The notes beneath the pieces are model-generated. The model was not told the origin of the DNA. It saw only the letters and a list, made by a program, of their open reading frames with translations, and did not search any database. A DNA stretch of 32,000 nt from assembly GCF_008065095.1 (NCBI RefSeq), contig NZ_CP042911.1, positions 8,310,001-8,342,000 of the forward strand. Direction: 5' to 3'. Below are positions 10,877-16,853 of the stretch, one piece after another (the first letter of the stretch is position 1; each line of letters begins with the position of its first letter). A program made the position numbers and the translations under genes. Source of the DNA: Gemmata obscuriglobus. Its GTDB lineage: Bacteria; Planctomycetota; Planctomycetia; Gemmatales; Gemmataceae.

Positions 10877-13372
10877 ATGGCGAAGGCAGCGAAAGCAGCA
10901 AAAGCGAAGGCACCGACCGGCAAACTCGCCGGGCAGAAGGTCGCGCTCGTCGGCAAGTTCTGGTCCCAGCAGACGGAACTCGAACAGGCGATCAAGGACG
11001 AGGGCGGTACGCTCGTGGATGGCGAGCAGGCCGCTCCGGACATTGTGGTTCAAGGGGCAGGGACGCGCGGCAAGCCGCCCGCCGCCGTCGCGAAGATCCA
11101 GAAGCAGCACCCCAGCGTGCGGGTGCTGGATGCCGCGGGCTTCTACCAGCTCGTTCTGCCCACGGCCGACGAGTTCCTTGCAATTCTTAAGGGGCCGCGT
11201 CGCGATCACCAGTTCTGGAGCCGGATGCAGTCACGACTCAGCGTCAGCGGCGCCACGCTCGACCTGGCTGGGACGGACTTCCGCACGATCGAACTCGCGG
11301 AGGCGACCCTGTACCGCATCACCCTCGACGGCAGCGACTTCCGCAATTGCTCTCTCAGCAACGTGTCTTTTGACAAGATTAAGGGAGCCAAGTTCGACGG
11401 CGCCCGGTTCACCGAAGGCTCGTTCTCGGACGCCGAGAATTGCAGCCTTAAGAACGTCAAGATGGATGGTGTCCGCTGGAACCCAGCGGAGTTCGTGCGG
11501 TGCGACTTTTCGGGCGCGACGCTGAAGATCCGCACCGGAAGTTTCACCCGCGCGACCGATTGCACGTTCAAGAAGACCGACCTTAGCGGCGCGGAACTCG
11601 AGCAGTCGCACTTCGGCGGGTGCGACTTCACCGGAGCGGATCTGTCGCACGCCAAGCTGCAAAAGACCGATTTCACAGCCGCGAACCTCGCCGGCGCGAC
11701 GTGCGTGGACGCCGACCTGCGCGGTACCAACTTCACAAACGCGGACCTGCGTAAGGCCAACTTCCGCGGTGCGAACCTCGCCGGGGCGGATCTCACCGGG
11801 GCGAACGTGGCTGGGGCCGACTTCACCGGCGCGAACCTCACCGGGGCGAAGGTGGACGGCCTCGACGCCTCGAAGGCAAAGGGCTTCGTTCACAAGCCGC
11901 CCCGCGCGGTCGGCCCGAACATGCTCGAACTCGCGAAGGCGGCGAAACAATCCAAACAGCTCACCGCGTCGATCGAGTTGGGGCTGACCGGAACGGAGCA
12001 CGTCGAGCTGCACGCGTCGCTGCGCAGTTACGGCACACACCAGTACCCCGGAGGGGGGTACATGCACTACCAGCCCGAGCGCCGGCACACGTTCAGCTCT
12101 TCCGTAGACGCGCCGACGTTCGAGCAGGGGATGCTCAACCTCGTCGATCTCTGGTCGAAGGGGGCGCCGCGGCTCGGTTCGATCAAAGTCGAGAGCAAAA
12201 AGTGCCCGCTGAAGCCGAAAGAGCTGCTCGCGCTGGCCCGTGCCGCGTGGTGCGAGGCGCTGGAGGTCCCGATCCCCAGCGCCGACGAATGGGCGCGGCA
12301 GGAACAGGCGCAAACCGCGGCCGGCGACAAGGTGCGCGAACAAATGTTGACGGACCTGCGCGGCGGTAAAGCCGGGGTCGCCCGGTTCAACGCCCGCACC
12401 GACAAGGAGCGCGAGGCGCTCGGCTCGCTTCGCGACACGGACCTCAGCAACGAGAAGCTGGCCGGGGCGCGGCTCAACAACCTCGACTTGCGCGGGGCGA
12501 AGTTCGACGGCGCGATGCTGAGTGAGGCGTCGTTCTCTGGCTCCCAGATTCAGGGCGCGAGTTTCGCCGACGTACCGGCCCGTAAGGCGAATTTCGCGAG
12601 CGCCAGAGCGGCCGACGCGGTGTTCCGCGGCGCGATCCTGGCGAACGCGAACCTGCGGGCGGCTACGTTCCTGCGGACCAACTTCCAGAACGTCGATCTG
12701 ACGGGTGCCGATTTCGCCTTCTCCGACCTGCGCGGCGCCGACTTCACCGGCGCGACGCTGAAAAACGCCTCGTTCTCTCAAGCGAAGTTCGACGCCGACA
12801 CCAAGTTCCCGAAGGGCCTGACCGCGCCCGAAGGCGCGAACTGGGTCGGGGAAGGACCGCACCCCGGGAAAGTGGTGCCAGCCGTCGCCCTGGCGGTCGC
12901 GGGCAGCCTCGATTTCGACACGTTCCTCAAGGAACTGCCTCGGAAGGTAGATCCCTCGCGGATCGAAAAAGCGGCGGATATGCTCAAGGCGGAACGCTTC
13001 CAACTGTTCGCCGACGTGACCGACACACACCTCGTGGGCGTGGTCAAGAGCCAGTCGTACTCGGACCTGGTGTATTCGTGCCGGCTCGCGAGCGACGGCA
13101 CGTTCTGCTGCGGCACGCAGAACCTGAACGTTTGCGGCGGGCTGAAGGGGGCGCTGTGCAAGCACCTGCTGGTGCTGGTGGTGGGGCTCGCGAAATCCGG
13201 GAAATTGGACCCGGCGGCGGCGGACAACTGGGTGACGGCGAGTAAGGCGCACAAGCCGACATTGAACAAGGACGCCCTGAGTGAGACCTTCTTGAAGTAC
13301 AAGGGCGCGGAAGCCGGCGAGATCGACTGGCGGCCGACGGAGACGGTTCCCGAGGACTTCTACGCCATGTGA
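10877..13372 (+). CDS. BRCT-like + two pentapeptide-repeat blocks + unknown central domain + SWIM-like module protein (paralog 3, 831 aa)
   Basis: ATG at 10877 (MAKAAKAAKAKAPTGK) in the same gcccatggcgaa context as paralog 2. BRCT-like segment LAGQKVALVGKF...ELEQAIKDEGGTLVDG...DIVVQGAG...VRVLDAAGFYQLV (about 10916-11162). Pentapeptide blocks lie at about 11240-11880 and 12420-12830. The C-terminal module is VKSQSYSDLVYSCRLASDGTFCCGTQNLNVCGGLKGALCKHLLVLVVGL, and the protein ends DWRPTETVPEDFYAM. Confidence 0.85.
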   Translation: MAKAAKAAKAKAPTGKLAGQKVALVGKFWSQQTELEQAIKDEGGTLVDGEQAAPDIVVQGAGTRGKPPAAVAKIQKQHPSVRVLDAAGFYQLVLPTADEFLAILKGPRRDHQFWSRMQSRLSVSGATLDLAGTDFRTIELAEATLYRITLDGSDFRNCSLSNVSFDKIKGAKFDGARFTEGSFSDAENCSLKNVKMDGVRWNPAEFVRCDFSGATLKIRTGSFTRATDCTFKKTDLSGAELEQSHFGGCDFTGADLSHAKLQKTDFTAANLAGATCVDADLRGTNFTNADLRKANFRGANLAGADLTGANVAGADFTGANLTGAKVDGLDASKAKGFVHKPPRAVGPNMLELAKAAKQSKQLTASIELGLTGTEHVELHASLRSYGTHQYPGGGYMHYQPERRHTFSSSVDAPTFEQGMLNLVDLWSKGAPRLGSIKVESKKCPLKPKELLALARAAWCEALEVPIPSADEWARQEQAQTAAGDKVREQMLTDLRGGKAGVARFNARTDKEREALGSLRDTDLSNEKLAGARLNNLDLRGAKFDGAMLSEASFSGSQIQGASFADVPARKANFASARAADAVFRGAILANANLRAATFLRTNFQNVDLTGADFAFSDLRGADFTGATLKNASFSQAKFDADTKFPKGLTAPEGANWVGEGPHPGKVVPAVALAVAGSLDFDTFLKELPRKVDPSRIEKAADMLKAERFQLFADVTDTHLVGVVKSQSYSDLVYSCRLASDGTFCCGTQNLNVCGGLKGALCKHLLVLVVGLAKSGKLDPAAADNWVTASKAHKPTLNKDALSETFLKYKGAEAGEIDWRPTETVPEDFYAM

Positions 13373-13510
13373 TCGACTCCGCGAAGCGCGAGCGCTCCAG
13401 AACAGGTGCGTGCCATCAGCCGTTTATCTCCACGGCACACGTTCCGCGCGAGTTCGGTGGGCGAAGCGACACAGGATCGGTGATTGGTTCCCTGATACGC
13501 GATCCGTTAC

Positions 13511-13614
13511 TGGTGTCTGTTTTGGTTTTGTCTTTGTGGCACAGACATTCCTGTCTGTGCGGCCTTCTCGCGCCGCACAGACAGGAATGTCTGTGCCACA
13601 AGAAACAGACACCA
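13511..13614. repeat. Nested palindrome: a 30-bp perfect inverted repeat (8-nt loop) whose arms are each 9-bp hairpins, plus a 12-bp outer stem
   Basis: 13534-13563 pairs perfectly with 13572-13601 (checked base by base). Each arm contains gcacagaca-NNNN-tgtctgtgc (loops ttcc and ggaa). The outer tggtgtctgttt (13511-13522) pairs with aaacagacacca (13603-13614) across a bulge. Confidence 0.9.
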
Positions 13615-13695
13615 CAAGCCGGACCGTGAATTAGCTCGGTGGTGCCAGTCAGCCGCTTGAACAACTTGGTGGCCCGCTGGGTCGGGGAGTGGACA

Positions 13696-13748
13696 GGAAG
13701 CGGCATAAGAGTGCCGTCGAGCTGGTCCGGAAGTGGCACAAAAGTGAC
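13696..13748 (+). repeat. Two 20-nt imperfect direct repeats, GGAAG(C/T)GGCA(T/C)AA(G/A)AGTG(C/A)C, offset by 33 nt
   Basis: ggaagcggcataagagtgcc at 13696-13715 and ggaagtggcacaaaagtgac at 13729-13748 are identical at 16 of 20 positions. They lie in the 569-nt gap upstream of the ATPase operon. Confidence 0.6.
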
Positions 13749-13822
13749 TCGCGGCAGCAGCCCGCGAACGGCTCAACGGCGGTTACGCCCGACTCATTCG
13801 AGTGCCCTTGTTGTCGGCCCTG

Positions 13823-13850
13823 TTGGTGTAAGGTTCTGGTGCGAATAATC
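13823..13850 (+). promoter_or_regulatory. Candidate sigma70-like promoter (TTGGTG-N16-ATAATC) about 90 nt upstream of the 13942 ATG
   Basis: Hexamers at 13823-13828 and 13845-13850 in an AT-enriched patch. This is a speculative match by eye only. Confidence 0.15.
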
Positions 13851-13941
13851 TTGTGTCGTAACGGCGGGCGTGACCGGGTGTAACGTTTCGTGTCGGCGCG
13901 GGGCTGCGACGACCGTAGAAAACGGACAAAAGGCCGGACCG

Positions 13942-14292
13942 ATGGACGAAATCGCCGAACTCCGCGACGCCCTCGACCGGCTGCACGCCGCGATGGACGA
14001 CCTCGTGGTGCGCGGGGTGCGGGCCGCGGGTTCAGCCCACCTCGCGCGCCTGACCTCTCTTCGCGACGAGTTCCGCACCGCCGGCGCTGAGCACTTGGCC
14101 GAGAAGCTGACGACGCTCGTCGATGCCGTACAGGCCGGCGAGCGGTCCGCGGCCGGGGCGCTCATGCGAGCGGTCACGACGTTCCGGCTGTTCGACCGGA
14201 TGCTGACGCTCGAAGTGGCCCGCGGCGTCCTCGCGCCGCCCCCGCCGGCGCCCGAGTTCGGCGACGAAGACGCACACGAAGAGGACGCCTAG
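13942..14292 (+). CDS. Hypothetical helical protein with an acidic Pro-rich tail (116 aa)
   Basis: ATG at 13942 (MDEIAELRDALDRLHAAMDDLVVRG...). Coding-like composition, ending PPPPAPEFGDEDAHEEDA. The TAG at 14290-14292 lies 2 nt before the GTG of the next gene. I recognise no family. Confidence 0.7.
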   Translation: MDEIAELRDALDRLHAAMDDLVVRGVRAAGSAHLARLTSLRDEFRTAGAEHLAEKLTTLVDAVQAGERSAAGALMRAVTTFRLFDRMLTLEVARGVLAPPPPAPEFGDEDAHEEDA

Positions 14293-14294
14293 CC

Positions 14295-15416
14295 GTGCTA
14301 CCGCCCGCCGCCGACCGCCCGAAGCTCCGCGCCACGCTCGACCAACTGTCGATCGCGGTCGAAGAACTGCTTCTCGGCGGGCTCACCACCGCCTCCGATG
14401 CGACCCGGCAGACGCTCGCCGGGGCGATGCAAGAGGCCGCCCGGATGCGGCTCCTGCGCCTCGGCGGCACGCTCCGCGTCGCCACCGACGAACTCGGCCG
14501 GTTCACGCGCCAGGAGAAAACGTTCTCGCGCCGCCGGTTCACGTTCTTCCTGAACCGCGCGTGGCTGCTCAGCCGCGGGATGATTCACGCGCTCGACGCG
14601 AGCGACGAGAAGGAGTACGACCGCCTCACCTGGGCGCCGCCGTCGCAACCGCTGCCCGCCGTCGAGGTGGTGAACCTTGGGGTCGTGAAGAAGGTCGCCG
14701 AGAACGCGTTCGCGATGTTCGAGTTCCGGCTGCGGGCGGTCGCGGACGCCGGGCCGATCAAAGCGGGACAGAAGGTGAGCTGGTCCACGGTGTTCCCCCT
14801 GAAGAAGGACCAGGACATCCCGCCGGAGGGGTTCCTCCACCTGCCGCAGAAGCAGAAGTTCTCGCCGTTCCTGTTCCTCGAACGCACCAGCCTCAACGTC
14901 ACGAACGCGGCCGTGTCGGGCGACGAGGTCGGCGGCTGGAAGCTGTCGCTGACGGACCAGAGCACGGTCACGGTGGGCAAGCCGTTCGCGCAGTGGGACC
15001 GCTACCTCCAGTGGTCCGCGCCGGCCGCGGCGGAGCGCCTGGCGAAGCACGCGGCCGGGCCGCTCGACCTGGACACCGAGCTTCAGGAAGAGGTCGTGAT
15101 CCGCGACTACGACATCGGCAAGCCCGGGGACGGCGACGAACCGGGCCAGACGGTGTACGAACTGACCGCCGGGCGGCTGAAGCTCCACGCGGTCGTCGGC
15201 GCGAACCCGGAAGGCAAGGCGCTGCGGGCCGCGTTCGAGGAGGTGCGCAAGGCGAAGGTGCCGAACCCGCCACTGTTCGGCGTGATGCACTACGAGCGGT
15301 GCCGGCTCGTGCTCCAGCCCCTGACCACGTTCGCCGGCGGCCCGGACTACATCACGATCTCCAAGGAGAACGTGAACAAGGCCGCGCTGCTCAAGGCGAT
15401 GAACTTTACCTCGTAA
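14295..15416 (+). CDS. Hypothetical protein (373 aa); its N-terminus resembles the preceding 116-aa protein
   Basis: GTG at 14295. KLRATLDQLSIAVEELLLGGLTTASDATRQTL aligns with ELRDALDRLHAAMDDLVVRGVRAAGSAHLARL of the upstream gene (11 of 31 identical by eye). The rest is mixed alpha/beta-looking with balanced composition. The antisense 769-aa ORF is an Arg/Gly/Pro-rich artefact. Confidence 0.75.
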   Translation: MLPPAADRPKLRATLDQLSIAVEELLLGGLTTASDATRQTLAGAMQEAARMRLLRLGGTLRVATDELGRFTRQEKTFSRRRFTFFLNRAWLLSRGMIHALDASDEKEYDRLTWAPPSQPLPAVEVVNLGVVKKVAENAFAMFEFRLRAVADAGPIKAGQKVSWSTVFPLKKDQDIPPEGFLHLPQKQKFSPFLFLERTSLNVTNAAVSGDEVGGWKLSLTDQSTVTVGKPFAQWDRYLQWSAPAAAERLAKHAAGPLDLDTELQEEVVIRDYDIGKPGDGDEPGQTVYELTAGRLKLHAVVGANPEGKALRAAFEEVRKAKVPNPPLFGVMHYERCRLVLQPLTTFAGGPDYITISKENVNKAALLKAMNFTS

Positions 15417-15437
15417 CCCGAACCTTCTGCGCTCAAC

Positions 15438-16631
15438 ATGGCCAAGAAACCCGTACCCGCCGCCCCGACACCCGCGCTCGCGACCGCCGCGGGGCCGGCG
15501 CCGACCGTGACGCCCGACACCGTGCTCCGCGAGCCCGCCGAGCGGCGGTACGCGGACCAGCTCGAGGCGCTGCGCCAGAACGACGCCGACACCCCGCCGG
15601 CCAACTGGAAGCTGTCGCCCCGCGCGGTGCTGGCGTACATCGTCGGCACGCCCAAACCGCTCAAAGCCACCATCAACGGTAAAGCGGTCGAGGTGCCGAT
15701 CACGCGCAAGTTCTTCGGCGACGACGGGATCGTGGAGCGGTCGATCGTGACGCTCGCGTCCGAGCGCGCGCTCCTGCTGGTCGGCGAGCCGGGCACCGGG
15801 AAGAGCTGGCTGTCCGAGCACCTCGCCGCGGCCATCTGCGGCACGTCGCTGCTCACCATCCAGGGCACCGCGGGGACGACCGAGGAGCAGATCAAGTACT
15901 CGTGGAACATCGCGCAACTGATCGCGCACGGGTACAGCCCGCAGAACATGGTTCCGTCGCCCGCCGTGATCGCGATGCGGGCCGGGGCGCTCTTCCGCTT
16001 CGAGGAGCTGAGCCGCGTCGTGCCGGACGTTCAGGACGCGCTCGTGTCGATGCTGTCGGACAAGGCGGTCGCGGTCCCCGAGCTGCCCGACAACGCGATG
16101 GTGTTCGCGAAGCCGGGGTTCAACATCATCGCCACGGCCAACACCCGCGACCAGGGCGTGAACGAGCTCTCGGCCGCGCTGAAGCGCCGGTTCAACTACG
16201 TCCACATCCCGATCGTGGGCGACCAGAAGACCGAGGTGAAGATCGTTCAGCAGCGGTCGGCGGAGCTGCTGGAGCGGTACAACCTGCCGGCGAAGCTCAG
16301 CCCGCCGGTGATCGAGCTGCTGGCGACGGTGTTCCGCGAGATCCGCAACGGCAAGAGCAGCGACGGGGTGAGCATCAAGAAGCCGAGCACCACCCTCTCC
16401 ACCGCCGAGGCGATCGGGGTGGCGCTGGACGCGGCGCTGCACGCCCGGTTCTTCGGTGCCGGCGAGGTGGGGCCGGCGGACATCGCCCGCAACATGATCG
16501 GCGCGGTGGTGAAGGAGGACCAGGATGACAAGAACGCGCTGAAGGAGTACGCGACCGTGGTCGCGAAGAAGCGCGGCGCGAAAGAGAAAGCCTGGAAGGA
16601 GTTCCACGACGCGCTCGTGGAGCAGTTGTAG
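15438..16631 (+). CDS. AAA+ ATPase, MoxR/AAA_5 (YehL-like) type, 397 aa
   Basis: ATG at 15438. Walker A LLLVGEPGTGKS, Walker B-like ALFRFEELSRV, sensor-1 FNIIATANT, and ALKRRF with the arginine finger region. Confidence 0.9.
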   Translation: MAKKPVPAAPTPALATAAGPAPTVTPDTVLREPAERRYADQLEALRQNDADTPPANWKLSPRAVLAYIVGTPKPLKATINGKAVEVPITRKFFGDDGIVERSIVTLASERALLLVGEPGTGKSWLSEHLAAAICGTSLLTIQGTAGTTEEQIKYSWNIAQLIAHGYSPQNMVPSPAVIAMRAGALFRFEELSRVVPDVQDALVSMLSDKAVAVPELPDNAMVFAKPGFNIIATANTRDQGVNELSAALKRRFNYVHIPIVGDQKTEVKIVQQRSAELLERYNLPAKLSPPVIELLATVFREIRNGKSSDGVSIKKPSTTLSTAEAIGVALDAALHARFFGAGEVGPADIARNMIGAVVKEDQDDKNALKEYATVVAKKRGAKEKAWKEFHDALVEQL

Positions 16632-16704
16632 GAGGGGAAGACAGTTTTACAGCCCACTGTCGTCGGGCAGGTCCGCGTGTTGGAACTCGAGGGGCAGTTG
16701 TGGG

Positions 16705-16819
16705 CAGGAAGGCAGTTTTTGACAGGATCAACAGGATTGACAAGATAAAGACCAAGACAGATTTCTTTTGTTTTTAAATCCTGTTTATCCTGTTAATCCT
16801 GTCAGAAACTGCCTTCCTG
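16705..16819. repeat. AT-rich imperfect palindrome (arms of about 44 nt, about 39 of 44 paired) built from ACAGGAT-type 9-nt units, inside the ATPase-DUF5682 spacer
   Basis: The left arm caggaaggcagtttttgacaggatcaacaggattgacaagataaa (from 16705) matches the reverse complement of tttaaatcctgtttatcctgttaatcctgtcagaaactgccttcctg (16773-16819). My hand count over 16721-16800 gives 27 G+C of 80 nt, in an otherwise strongly GC-rich window. Confidence 0.85.
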
Positions 16820-16853
16820 TTCTCGCACTCAGCCCTCTGCGGTGAACACTCTT

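Noticed and set aside
11206-11841. A minus-strand ORF with its own 5-residue periodicity (…SAPATFAPVRSAPARFAPRK…), which could look like a second repeat protein.
   Set aside because: It is the mirror image of the 15-nt periodicity of the plus-strand pentapeptide repeats (A[DN]LxG). The plus-strand reading is the canonical pentapeptide motif and continues into the SWIM module.
13705-13748. Sigma54-like TGGCA-N-TGC elements inside the two direct repeats (tggcataagagtgcc and tggcacaaaagtgac).
   Set aside because: The GG-to-GC spacing is one nucleotide shorter than the -24/-12 consensus in the first copy. The second copy has TGA instead of TGC. I saw no enhancer-binding-protein gene.
15990-16010. 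The Walker B motif of the AAA+ protein reads FRFEEL (Glu-Glu) instead of the usual hhhhDE, which might indicate an inactive ATPase.
   Set aside because: An acidic pair is still present, and the Walker A, sensor-1 and arginine regions are intact. Without an alignment to the YehL/MoxR family I cannot say this deviates from the family norm.
14298-16607. Very long antisense ORFs (769 aa here; also 16860-19292, 11231-13252, 7018-8214 and 8756-9823 on the minus strand, and 2850-4439, 1449-2549, 5603-7399 and 25113-26099 on the plus strand).
   Set aside because: Their translations are dominated by Arg/Gly/Pro/Ala runs with no recognisable motifs. The opposite strand encodes proteins with clear family signatures. 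Long stop-free antisense frames are an expected artefact of GC-rich third codon positions.
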